DNA of 64,000 bases, taken from a virus (taxonomy: Duplodnaviria > Caudoviricetes). The notes below the pieces were generated by a model. That model saw only the letters and a list, made by a program, of their open reading frames with translations, was not told the origin of the DNA and did not search any database. Numbering within the stretch: position 1 is the first letter of the stretch; each line of letters begins with the position of its first letter. Shown in pieces: positions 26,324-37,100 of the stretch. Where the stretch lies: the IMG/VR virus record IMGVR_UViG_3300031555_010858, positions 64,001 to 128,000 of that record; one strand, 5' to 3'. The translations under genes and the position numbers were made by a program.

Positions 26324-28240
26324 ATGGCTAAGAAAATTGATGAAAGTAAATCAGTAAATTATATTGTAGAAAGAGTAAGAACACCAATGAGTAGAGAAAA
26401 GTTAAATGAGATATATAATGAATTCAAATCTGATGATGATTATCTTAACTATCATATGGATATAATAGAAGATACACATCCGAAGTTTAAAGTAACAATA
26501 ATAAACGATGAGAGAAAATGTCCAATAAAGAATTCAGAAGAAGATAATTCATATGGATTTATGGAAACAGATGTAGCAATGGATTTTATAGAAGAATGTA
26601 TCAATAGTAATAGAGTTAGTAGTAAACCTAAAGCTGTTATGCAAAACGGTTTTAGTAAGAAAGCAGTTGATAGATATAATGAAATAGTTTCTAAAGAGGA
26701 AGAAGAATCTGAGGCGATAGCACAGTTCACGAAACCAACATTTGATGAAGTAATGAATAATATATATGTTAATACGTATAATGGTTCAACATATAAAATG
26801 AATGAAGCTGATATTCCAGATGATCTTAGAGAAGATGTTGGTGTAATAATTCCAGGATTAATAGAAACTAAAGAAGAATATTTTGAGTTTGTTAAAAGAT
26901 TAAAAGATAAAGGTAAAGGAGGTTTAGGGAGATCTATATATGAACGTTATGAAGATTATGAAGAAGCAAAGGATTTAATAGAAACTTATAAACAAGCATT
27001 ATTCGATAAGTATGGAAGTAAAGAAGATTATTTCTATGCAAAAGAATTGGGTGGTATATTTGGAGCTTATGAATATTATCCAACAGTTAAACCTAGATTC
27101 AAGAAAAATGCTAGAAATATAAAATTAGATAAAGGTATAAATCTAAATGCATTAGCATTGGTTAAAGATATGGGTAAACGTATAAGAGAAGAATTTGAAG
27201 ATGAAATAGAAGAAATAGAAGTAGATGGATTAGATTATAAAATATATGATAACACACCACCTAAGTTTAAAGACCTACCTGAAGATCTTAAAATGTTATA
27301 TAAAACAGATCAATATAACATTAATGGATTTACACAAATCAACAATTTCAAATCTATAAAAGCTTACGCAGAAGAATTAATCAGATCAGGAGACCCAGAT
27401 AAACAACTTGAAGGTTATTTAATACAAGAAAGTTTAGATAGTGATAAGATGTTATCAACACAACATTATTATGAATCAGATTTCTATAATGTAAGTGATC
27501 TTGATGATTTATCATTAAATGCAGTAGTAGGACAACTTGAATATGATAAATTGATGTATGAAAATGATTACGATAGAACAATAGCAGAAGCAAAATTAAT
27601 TAATAATGAATATACAAAAGAAGGTTATAAAAAGTTCTTAGAAGAACAATTGATCGCAATAAACGGATATGATTTAAGTAATACCGTGGATAAAACAAAA
27701 GTTACAGAATTAACTAAATATGCAGTAGAATATACATTCAGTAAAGAATATCAAGAAGATCAAAAACGTAAATCTAATATGAGTCAAGTTGCAAGTTCAG
27801 TATATGAAACAAAAGGTTCAGCAACATTTGGAGAATCAGTTAAAGCAGAAGTTAGAAGTGGTGAAAGTAACGTTTCAGCTTATGTTAGAAAATTAGGACA
27901 AAGAGCTAAAGGTAAATTAACAGAGTTGACAAAAGACGCAGATAATGTTAATAAATCAACAATGACAAGAGATGAAGCAACTGGATATAATGAAATAGAT
28001 ACAAGAGTGCATGGATTCTATTTAGAACCAAAACCATCACAATTATTAAACTATATGAAAAATAATGATGAGTTAGCTAATAAAGTATACGAATTAACAT
28101 CTGAGAAAGACGGTAATAATATGTTTAGTGAAAGAACTAATATAGATGATTTCGTAGATGCAGCATTAGATGAAAGTAAACCAATGTTTGATGCAACATT
28201 ATTAGAAAAATCAATGAAAAATGAAAGAAAGGATGTGTAA
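26324..28240 (+). CDS. Large acidic early protein of unknown function
   Basis: 638-aa ORF, RBS AGGAGG, no recognisable motif. Confidence 0.8.
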   Translation: MAKKIDESKSVNYIVERVRTPMSREKLNEIYNEFKSDDDYLNYHMDIIEDTHPKFKVTIINDERKCPIKNSEEDNSYGFMETDVAMDFIEECINSNRVSSKPKAVMQNGFSKKAVDRYNEIVSKEEEESEAIAQFTKPTFDEVMNNIYVNTYNGSTYKMNEADIPDDLREDVGVIIPGLIETKEEYFEFVKRLKDKGKGGLGRSIYERYEDYEEAKDLIETYKQALFDKYGSKEDYFYAKELGGIFGAYEYYPTVKPRFKKNARNIKLDKGINLNALALVKDMGKRIREEFEDEIEEIEVDGLDYKIYDNTPPKFKDLPEDLKMLYKTDQYNINGFTQINNFKSIKAYAEELIRSGDPDKQLEGYLIQESLDSDKMLSTQHYYESDFYNVSDLDDLSLNAVVGQLEYDKLMYENDYDRTIAEAKLINNEYTKEGYKKFLEEQLIAINGYDLSNTVDKTKVTELTKYAVEYTFSKEYQEDQKRKSNMSQVASSVYETKGSATFGESVKAEVRSGESNVSAYVRKLGQRAKGKLTELTKDADNVNKSTMTRDEATGYNEIDTRVHGFYLEPKPSQLLNYMKNNDELANKVYELTSEKDGNNMFSERTNIDDFVDAALDESKPMFDATLLEKSMKNERKDV

Positions 28241-28245
28241 TTTAT

Positions 28246-31161
28246 ATGAAAACAAAATTAGTAAAAGTTGATGAGGTTAAAATTCAAAGTTTAATTAAGA
28301 AAAATTTCTCAGAGGAATTTATGAGAAAAATTTATGATGTTTATTCAAATGATTGTATAAGTATAGTAGAAAAGACAATCATATTTGATGAATTATTTAC
28401 AAAAGAGTTTGGTCACAGAAAAGATTATAGAAGAATTGGTGAGGGGACAAACAGATTCGTTTGTCTTCTTGACAATCATATTATAAAAGTAGCATATAAT
28501 TATCTAGCTTATATAGATAATATGAACGAATTGGCACAAGCTAAATATAAAAGTAAATATTTAGCACAAGCATATGAAACAAATGGTATTATCTTAGTAA
28601 GTGAATATGTTACAGTTATGGATCAGGAAGATTTCATTGATTATAACTCAACGCTTAAGAAGATATTAGACACATTATCAATAGAACTAGGTGATAATAA
28701 TAACATAGTTAAGAATTATATCTTAGGTGATATGGGTACAAGTAATAAGAATTATGGTAACTGGGGAAGAAGAATGAATGGTGATATAGTTGTATTAGAT
28801 TATGGATATCTTTATGAATTAACTAATGAAGCTTGGAAGAAAATTGCTAGATGTCCTGTATGTGGAAGTTCATTAGAATATGAATCAGGATATTCACAAT
28901 TGGTATGTACAAAAACAGATTGTCATACAGAAGTTAAGTATACAACATTAAGAAATGCATTTGGTTATGCAAATATAATAGATAACATAGTTGATAATCT
29001 TCATGATGATAGATATATTAAGTTTGATGCTAACGGTGAAATAATGGTAGATGTAATAGACAAAATAGTTATAGAAGAAGCACCTAAAGAAGAATTTAAA
29101 ATGCCAGAAGATATAAAAGAAAGAATTGATAGAACTATGGATCAATTTAATATGCTAACAGATTTAGTTAAAAGTCCTTATGGTATAACTTTAGATAATT
29201 ATTATGATCTTAAAGAAGAAATTATATCTAGAAAAGAAGAATATGATGAGGTGTTATATCCATTCTTATTAGTAGCATTAGAGTTAACAATGCAAAATGT
29301 AGATGCTTATATAAAAGATTTTGAAAAGTTTTCTAAAGCTAGATATGATAAGTTATTTAATGAATTAAAGAAAGAATTTGATAAAGAACAAGAAGCTGAA
29401 GAGGAATTAGAAGATCTTCCAGATAGTTATGAAGATGAAGAATATATAGTTAAAGGTTATGAATCAGAATTAAAGATAATAGATAGAGTAGCTGAAGATG
29501 AAAATAATAAAGTTATATCAACATCTTTAGATGATTTCTTTACAGCAGATTTCCAAAACAGCTTTGGAACTACATTTGATGCAGAAAGTGATTTTATGAA
29601 TCAAGTTGAAAGTATGGGTGATGAACTTTCAATGGATGATTTAGTAAAATTATTTGAAATTAATGAAAGAATGGAAGCTGAAGAAAAAATAAAAGCTAAA
29701 GAAGAACAAGAGAAACAAGAAAAATTAGATAAAGATTATAAAGTTTATAGTGCAGAAAAAGATTTACGCCAAGCTTACGATGATTTAGAAGATGCATTAA
29801 CAACTGTAATAAAATTAAGATATAAAGAAGCTGGATGTTTAGAAGAAGATGAATCTGATTATACAACAGGAGATATTTATACAACTTATCTAAATGGTGA
29901 GTTTATAGATTTAGATTATAGTCCAAGAGTAAATGCTAAGAATATTTTAGGAGGATGGAAACCAAACGATTTCGCATTCCCATTATACAGACATATGTTA
30001 ATCAAATTTGATTATGACATGGATAAGATAGAATCAGAATTCCAAGCAGTTTATAGAATAGACGAAGAAGTTGAAGTTCCAGAAGATTTATATGATGTTA
30101 TAACAAACAGAAATATGGTAGTTGGACAAATTATGAATAGATTTGAAGATAGTATGAAACCACCTAGACATAATTTAATAATGAACATTGGAGGAGAATT
30201 AAAGAAATATTATGAAATGTTAGACAAGTATTATGAAGTAGTTCAACCATCTAAAAATAGTGTAGATATAAACCATCCTGATTATTATTTAAATATAGCT
30301 GAAGATAGTGATCAAATGGTTAAAATGTTAAGAGAAGCTAAAATGGAATTAAGAGATGAATTATTAAATGAGGGATATAGATTAGAAGGTTTATTGGATG
30401 ATCATAAGATAGTATATTATTATGATATGGAAGCTGTAATGTCTCCAACAGAACTTAATATATTAGATATAATAACTAATACAGATTTCACAAATATAAC
30501 AAATGTAAAAGAACATATATTAAACGAATATTATCTTCAATATAGAAATGTATTACCTGATAGTGTATTCGACGTATTTAAATATGGTGGAAGTTTAGCT
30601 AAAGAAGTTGGTTGTGTAACTCATCCTAGAATAGTAAGACCAAGAATAAAAGCTAAGTTAGTTGATATAGATTCTAATGAAGATACATTTAAACCAGAAA
30701 TGTTCAATAAGAAAGAATATGTGTTAATAAACATAGAGTTAAGATACGATGCAATATTTGATACAGAAATACCTGATGAAATAACTAAGAAAAGTGAACT
30801 TAAACGTAATTTACAAAGAAGAAACTTAAATTTCACAGAAAAAGTCATGAAGGATTATGCAATTAAAAGAAGTAACGATATAATGAGATATGCATTGACA
30901 GAAAAGGAAATAGAAATTATAAACGAATATGAAGATATGTTATCTATAGCAACAATTAAAGATGTGGATAAGTTAGTTAAGAAGGCGATAGTTGATATGT
31001 TAAATGAAAAACATAACATGTGTGGTGAAACTAAAATCTTAATGAATGATTTAGCAGAAACAAATTTAACAGATGCTTATGCTAATAGAGTAATGAAGAT
31101 AAATATATTAGAGTTAAGTGGAGCAACTACAAGATTAGATTTCCTTACACATGTAGAATAA
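28246..31161 (+). CDS. Ser/Thr-kinase-like domain plus Zn ribbon plus long acidic C-terminal region
   Basis: G-loop IGEGTNR, IIKVA, NMNE (alphaC), SEYV hinge, GDMG...NYGNWG, VLDYG; then CPVC...CTKTDC. Confidence 0.75.
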   Translation: MKTKLVKVDEVKIQSLIKKNFSEEFMRKIYDVYSNDCISIVEKTIIFDELFTKEFGHRKDYRRIGEGTNRFVCLLDNHIIKVAYNYLAYIDNMNELAQAKYKSKYLAQAYETNGIILVSEYVTVMDQEDFIDYNSTLKKILDTLSIELGDNNNIVKNYILGDMGTSNKNYGNWGRRMNGDIVVLDYGYLYELTNEAWKKIARCPVCGSSLEYESGYSQLVCTKTDCHTEVKYTTLRNAFGYANIIDNIVDNLHDDRYIKFDANGEIMVDVIDKIVIEEAPKEEFKMPEDIKERIDRTMDQFNMLTDLVKSPYGITLDNYYDLKEEIISRKEEYDEVLYPFLLVALELTMQNVDAYIKDFEKFSKARYDKLFNELKKEFDKEQEAEEELEDLPDSYEDEEYIVKGYESELKIIDRVAEDENNKVISTSLDDFFTADFQNSFGTTFDAESDFMNQVESMGDELSMDDLVKLFEINERMEAEEKIKAKEEQEKQEKLDKDYKVYSAEKDLRQAYDDLEDALTTVIKLRYKEAGCLEEDESDYTTGDIYTTYLNGEFIDLDYSPRVNAKNILGGWKPNDFAFPLYRHMLIKFDYDMDKIESEFQAVYRIDEEVEVPEDLYDVITNRNMVVGQIMNRFEDSMKPPRHNLIMNIGGELKKYYEMLDKYYEVVQPSKNSVDINHPDYYLNIAEDSDQMVKMLREAKMELRDELLNEGYRLEGLLDDHKIVYYYDMEAVMSPTELNILDIITNTDFTNITNVKEHILNEYYLQYRNVLPDSVFDVFKYGGSLAKEVGCVTHPRIVRPRIKAKLVDIDSNEDTFKPEMFNKKEYVLINIELRYDAIFDTEIPDEITKKSELKRNLQRRNLNFTEKVMKDYAIKRSNDIMRYALTEKEIEIINEYEDMLSIATIKDVDKLVKKAIVDMLNEKHNMCGETKILMNDLAETNLTDAYANRVMKINILELSGATTRLDFLTHVE

Positions 31162-31171
31162 TATCTACATG

Positions 31172-31210
31172 TGTAATAGGTAAATATTTTAATTATATAT
31201 AATAAAAGTG
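31172..31210 (+). promoter_or_regulatory. Putative early promoter overlapping the upstream terminator-like hairpin
   Basis: TGTAA-TAGGTAAATA-TTTTAATTATATATAAT-AAAAGTG. Confidence 0.65.
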
Positions 31211-31234
31211 AATATAATATTAGGAGGTAACTGT

Positions 31235-32062
31235 ATGAGTACATGTATAGCTATATTTGAAAATGAATTAGAAAGAGTTGTAGAGGAATTAGATAATACA
31301 AAATTTAAATATAAGTTCTTATTCGATTCAGATGAAAAATATAAAACTATAGAGAGATATAATTTAGATGTGTTACAAGACGCATTATTATTTTCAGGAT
31401 TAGGTAATAAGATAAATTCTAATAGATATAAAAAACCAGGTCCAGAAATGGAAAAAGCTTGGAGTGAATTTGTACATGACGTATTCAGTGAAGGTAGACA
31501 AATAGCTATAGTTAATGATTTTATAGATTATCCCGATTTAGTTATAGTATTTCCAACAATATTCCAAGATACAACACAGAGAGTTAATACAGTAACATTA
31601 ACCGATGATATATTAGATTATATAGTCAAAACATTTATAAAACAATTCTCACAAGAAGAAGGGATGACGATAATAAGATGGGATGAATATGGTTTAAATA
31701 TTAACGAATTAGAACCAGAATTTAATAGAAAAATGTTTATATCAAAACAAAGACAGATAAAAGCGAATGCAAGAGCAGAACATAAGATTGAAGCATTAAG
31801 AGTATTTAGAGAAGCATTTAAGTTTAGAATGATAACTTATTATACAAAACTAAGAGAATTTGGAATGGATGATATAATGAGAAAGTTAGATGAATTAGGA
31901 TTCTTAGATGAAAGATTTGATTCAGAAGTTTATATATATGAAGAAGAAGCAAGACGATTATTAGCAAAAAGATTATGTGCAATGTCATATAAAGCAGATA
32001 TAAAAATATTAATTGACGAAGGTATATTAAAAGAATCTGATGTACCATATATGAAAATATAA
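31235..32062 (+). CDS. Hypothetical early protein
   Basis: Start moved to 31235 (RBS AGGAGG). Confidence 0.75.
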   Translation: MSTCIAIFENELERVVEELDNTKFKYKFLFDSDEKYKTIERYNLDVLQDALLFSGLGNKINSNRYKKPGPEMEKAWSEFVHDVFSEGRQIAIVNDFIDYPDLVIVFPTIFQDTTQRVNTVTLTDDILDYIVKTFIKQFSQEEGMTIIRWDEYGLNINELEPEFNRKMFISKQRQIKANARAEHKIEALRVFREAFKFRMITYYTKLREFGMDDIMRKLDELGFLDERFDSEVYIYEEEARRLLAKRLCAMSYKADIKILIDEGILKESDVPYMKI

Positions 32063-32128
32063 GAGCGTTTGACTCTTATATTTTTTTATCGTTTATTAAA
32101 CAATTAATAAAAAGGGAGGTGAATATTA

Positions 32129-32896
32129 TTGTCTAAAAACATTTGGGAGAGACATAATTTTACTAATCATGACATAGGACAAATTATAAATGGTGAAATA
32201 ATAGAATACGATATACGAGCAGCAGGATTAAATTTAGCTAAAGAGTTTGGTTATATAGATAAAAGGATCATAGAGAAATTAGAGCAAATGGACAAAAGGG
32301 ACCGTAATATTCACATGGGTCTACTTAAGAAAAAAGATGAACAAATAAGTAAGAAGGAAAATGAAGCCTTCATAGAAGCTCGTAAATTGTTTATTGTTAC
32401 GAACAAATTGAATGTGGAGGATATTGTGGCTATAAAGAAAGATGCCATTTTCGTTTCTAGAAGATGTAATATCAGGAAATTCGGTAATATTGAATTTATA
32501 CCTAAAAATATTTATACCAGTTATATGGAATTGAATAAATTGGAGTTTTATTATAACTCCAATCAATTAGATATAAAGGGAATTGGTGATGCTGTGTACG
32601 ATCAGCATAGACATCACATGATCGAATTCTTTAAAACATATTTTTCATTGATGGAGATTAATAATAAATCCAAATTGATTGATTATGTAACTAATTTTGT
32701 GTATTGCTATAAATCAAGATTATTAGATTTAGGATATTATAGAGAAATGAATGTGCAGTCTACGTACAGGCTTAACATTATCGTTGAAAATAGAGTATAC
32801 GGTCTCGATAACATAGACAGTTCGGGCTTCGATTCGATAGACATTTCATATAATTATTTTAAATATTTAGTACCTATATGTACTAGTTTAATTTAA
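32129..32896 (+). CDS. Minimal family-B-DNA-polymerase palm-like protein
   Basis: TTG start with RBS GGGAGGTG; motif-A-like IIEYDIRAAG and motif-C-like IVAIKKDAIFV, LDIKGI; no exonuclease domain. Confidence 0.55.
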   Translation: MSKNIWERHNFTNHDIGQIINGEIIEYDIRAAGLNLAKEFGYIDKRIIEKLEQMDKRDRNIHMGLLKKKDEQISKKENEAFIEARKLFIVTNKLNVEDIVAIKKDAIFVSRRCNIRKFGNIEFIPKNIYTSYMELNKLEFYYNSNQLDIKGIGDAVYDQHRHHMIEFFKTYFSLMEINNKSKLIDYVTNFVYCYKSRLLDLGYYREMNVQSTYRLNIIVENRVYGLDNIDSSGFDSIDISYNYFKYLVPICTSLI

Positions 32897-32963
32897 ACAG
32901 GGTAAAACCCCAATAGAAGATACCATACTAGTCAGGTATCCTATATTGTTAACATATATGAAT

Positions 32964-33002
32964 AAAGATAGATGATAACCTAAGGTTATCATCTATCTTT
33001 TT
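32964..33002. terminator. Bidirectional terminator between convergent genes
   Basis: 17-bp perfect stem AAAGATAGATGATAACC/GGTTATCATCTATCTTT. Confidence 0.75.
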
Positions 33003-33400
33003 ATCATTTTACTTTCCATGTAATTGTATAAATATATTTGTATCATCTCAGATACTGCTTTTATTGTAGTTTCATCATCTTTATAATAGTATTTTAATTC
33101 TTCCAATACATCTGGTGATAATGCATTTATAGTTTCTTCTAATAAGTAATTCCATTCAAATTCAAACTTAGGTATTCCTATTTCTTTTATTTTAAAATGA
33201 AACTGAACTCTATAAGCCCATTTTCTTTCTAATATATTAAACACTATACCCATTAATTCTTCTTCAGTACGGATTTTTTTATTTTTATTTTTATCAGCTA
33301 CAATTTTTTTATTATTTATATCATAGTAAGCGTATACAGCTATACCTGATGTTAAACCAAGTATAGATAATAACAATAATATTGATAAAAAAGTAATCAT
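32993..33400 (-). CDS. Membrane-anchored hypothetical protein
   Basis: N-terminal hydrophobic helix; RBS GGAGGT. Confidence 0.75.
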   Translation of the reverse strand: MITFLSILLLLSILGLTSGIAVYAYYDINNKKIVADKNKNKKIRTEEELMGIVFNILERKWAYRVQFHFKIKEIGIPKFEFEWNYLLEETINALSPDVLEELKYYYKDDETTIKAVSEMIQIYLYNYMESKMIKR

Positions 33401-33418
33401 AGTTTTACCTCCATTTAA

Positions 33419-34093
33419 TTAAAATTCGTCATCAAATTCAAAATGTTCTGTTTTCCATCTAGTAATAATGACTTTAAGATTATCAAAATCATTACTATCG
33501 TATTTCTCAGATTTCTCAATATAGTCCAATATTTTATATACTTGTGTACTATCCATTCCTTCCCAGTATATTTCTAGGAAACTATATAAATCCCCAAAAC
33601 CTTGTTTGTAATTTAGAAATATTTTGTTATCGTGAACTAATTGATGTACGGTTTCACATAACATTACAGTTTGAACCCTGTGTTTAAAATGTTCTTCGAT
33701 TACTTTATTAGCTACACTAAATGTAGTTACTTTCATACCCTTAATTAACATATAATTCAATATAATGGAAGTAACATCGAATAATGTTAATATAGGACCA
33801 TGATGCATTTCTATTAAGTCTTTCACACCAGTTTCTTCGTCTTCGGAAATATTACCTTTAACTTGACAGAAACATAAACCTAAATCAACTTTTAAATGAG
33901 CTATATATCTTGAATAGTATTTAGACGTTCTAACCATTCTTTCAACAGCATTTACGAATGCTACCTCATTTTCTATACTAAACATATAATCTGGATCTTT
34001 ATAGAATGGTATTTCGTAAAAACTATCTTCTGAATCTATAGTTGGATTTTGATTTGGTTTATTGACTTCAATTCCTGGTATTTTATTAGCCAT
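33419..34093 (-). CDS. HNH-like/His-rich protein, paralog of 21584-22279
   Basis: RTSKYYSRYIAHLK...CQV...IEMHHGPILTLFDV...MLCETVHQLVH. Confidence 0.6.
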   Translation of the reverse strand: MANKIPGIEVNKPNQNPTIDSEDSFYEIPFYKDPDYMFSIENEVAFVNAVERMVRTSKYYSRYIAHLKVDLGLCFCQVKGNISEDEETGVKDLIEMHHGPILTLFDVTSIILNYMLIKGMKVTTFSVANKVIEEHFKHRVQTVMLCETVHQLVHDNKIFLNYKQGFGDLYSFLEIYWEGMDSTQVYKILDYIEKSEKYDSNDFDNLKVIITRWKTEHFEFDDEF

Positions 34094-34125
34094 TATTTCA
34101 CTTCCTTTCCAAAAACTAGCTTTTG

Positions 34126-34147
34126 TACAATTACTTAAGTGATTGTT
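34126..34147. promoter_or_regulatory. Overlapping divergent late promoters sharing one TA
   Basis: Plus strand TACA-ATTACT-TA and minus strand AACA-ATCACT-TA both end on the TA at 34136-34137. Confidence 0.65.
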
Positions 34148-34179
34148 TAGAACTATAAAAAATGAAGGAGATGTGATGA

Positions 34180-37100
34180 ATGAACGATAAATCTCAAGTC
34201 GAATATATGCTTGATGACATACAAACTATTATAAATAACTTAGTTATAAAGTTATCGCATAAAGCAGAAGAATATGAAACTGTAGATACTAAACGTGATG
34301 CAGATCGATATATTGCAGCGTATTTAGAACGTGATACGTTTAATTCATATAGAGAATATCCTATAGATGTATTGGTTAGTGCTGGGATTACACAAGCTAG
34401 TGAATTTATGATTTATGCTGCTGATAAGAATAAAATACCACGTAATAAAAGGAAAGCTGTTCTTAAATCTATGAGGGAAACTGTAATAAATGAATATGTT
34501 GAAGGTAATAATTATTATAGAGAACTTATCGGTTTACCTCCAATTGAAGAAGGTGAATCAGATTATCTTTATCTAACTGATGATGAAAGATACTATTATA
34601 AAATAGATGAAGATAGACCAATTCATGAATATCCTAAGGAAATTCAAATTAAATTGGAACGTTCTGTTATAAAAAGAATGATTGAAGAATATCCTGAAAA
34701 AGAATATTTAAAACATTTAGGGAGTAAGACAGTTAATCTTGTTAGAGCTAGACAGGCTAAAAATTATGAAATAATATTCTCAGATGTTATATTAGATAAT
34801 GTATTCTTAAGAGCATTCTTTGAAACGTATGATTTTTGTAGGGAATATTTTATGTCAATGGTATATAATAAAGCGTTTAAGGTTAGGTATAATCTTTATG
34901 ATAATTTCATAGGTATGCATATAATGATAATGACTATACAAAGATTAATAGTTGACACACTTAAAATGGGTATAGAAAGAGATTATTATGACTTAGTATC
35001 AGTTCAAAAATTATTTAATGTGTATGGAATACCATTTTATGATGATTTACCATTAGATTATCAAAGAATGATTGTAAAAAATGTTAATAGATTACTAAGA
35101 TTAAAATCTACCGATAAAGTATTATATGATGTTGCTAATACATTATTCTATGAACGTGTTCATATAAATAAATTCTATTTAGTTAGAGAACGAAAGTATG
35201 ATGAAGAGGGTGAACCTATTACAGCATATAAATATATGGCTGTAGATGACGACCATGTTAAAACTTACTTTAAAGATATTAATAACAATAAAGTCTACTA
35301 TCTTTCTGTAAACGATAAGCAACGATTATGTAGTATTGAATCAACTATATATACTAGTACTATAGACGAGTATTATTTAAAAGATAGAGTTGGAAATAAA
35401 TATAAAATATTTATTAAGGATGGAGTATTGCATAGTGAGAAAATCGAAGATAAAAAAGAACGATTATATCGTGATGATTTTTTAATTTATGATAGACAAA
35501 ACCAAATATTCAGAATATCTATAGATATTAATGGGCATGTAAATACTTCAGTTTACCCACTTCCAGATGAAATAGATTATTCAAAAGTTAACAGAAAACG
35601 TATTATTTTAAAAAGTTCTAATAAGCGTAATTATTTATTATGTATAAAAGGTGATAAATTAGCTTCAGTAGAAGCTATTGATCATACAGTGTATGCACCA
35701 AAAAATTTATACATAAAAGATGATGATACTGATGATACTTATAGAATATTTATGAAGGATGATAGACTATGTGCTGAATTAGCAACTGAAGCTGCAAATT
35801 ATTTATATGATACAATATATTTATTTAATGAAGATGGTAGAAGATTTAAATTGCATATTGATAAAAATAAACTAAAAACAGACCCATATGCTTTTAATAT
35901 AATTGAAGTTTATGATTATGAAAAAATGTTTGATGTTTATTTCCAATCAACAGATATACTTGAACGTAACGTTATAAGTGCATTAGAAACTAAATATAAT
36001 AGATATCATTATGATGAAGTTGTAACTGACGATGTGTATTGGTGGGAAACAGAAGAACTTAAAAAAGAGCTTTATGAGAGAGATTATAACTTTATTGATA
36101 CTAAATATATAGGAATAAATATAATGCAAAATGTAACTAAAATGCTATATGAGACAACCTATTTCTTGAATTTATTAGTTGACCATAAAGATAACACAAC
36201 TGCTTTAGATGAAAGGATTTTAAATAAAGATGCTATGAAAATTGGTACGGATTATTTATATCTTAACTTAGATAGATTTTCTTCAGTACCAGTTTCAATA
36301 TTCGATTCAGTTATAATATTATGTGCTTTATTATCTAAAAAGAATGGTATGAAAGGTAATATTATAGCAAATAACCCTTCAAAGATATTAGCTGTACAAG
36401 GATTTAATTTTGACTTAAATTTTGATTTGATTCGAGAAAACATTTTAAAATATAAAAGAATTTTTAAAAATCCAGAGATAGTTAAATATTTAGATTTATT
36501 AGATATAAGAACGGTTGAAGATATAGATACACTATATACTAATTTTAGAAACTTTGCTGAATTCTGTGAGGATGTTTTAGCTAATACTACAGATATAAAT
36601 GAATACCGTGCTTATAGAGAACTATATAATGTATTCACTGTAAGAAATGAAACATGTGAAGCGTTTAGAAAATATGATGGTACTGTAGCTACAACATATT
36701 TGGATTATCTTTATGATAAACTACCTAATATAGCTTCATTCATAGACGAATTACATAAAGATAAAACGGGTATATACATTGAACATGTATTAGGTAAATT
36801 AAATGAACTTATACCAAAATTAGAATATATAACATCATTAAATGGTACAAATAATAATATAGTTAATGCTTTAATAGGATTAATAAATTTCTTTAAATCG
36901 TATACTGTTGATTTAAGAAATTTAAATGTATTATACATATTCGACAATAAAGCAACTAACAAAATATTCATGATAGATGACCCTAAATTATTTAATATAT
37001 TATTCCCTGAAACACCTGCTTTATTATATAGTGATACACTGACATATTCAACTTATACTGATAAATATGATAACTTGATAATAGTTGATAAAACTAGAAT

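Noticed and set aside
26324-28240. Chimallin (nuclear shell) assignment based on size and early timing
   Set aside because: No recognisable sequence support; size alone is insufficient.
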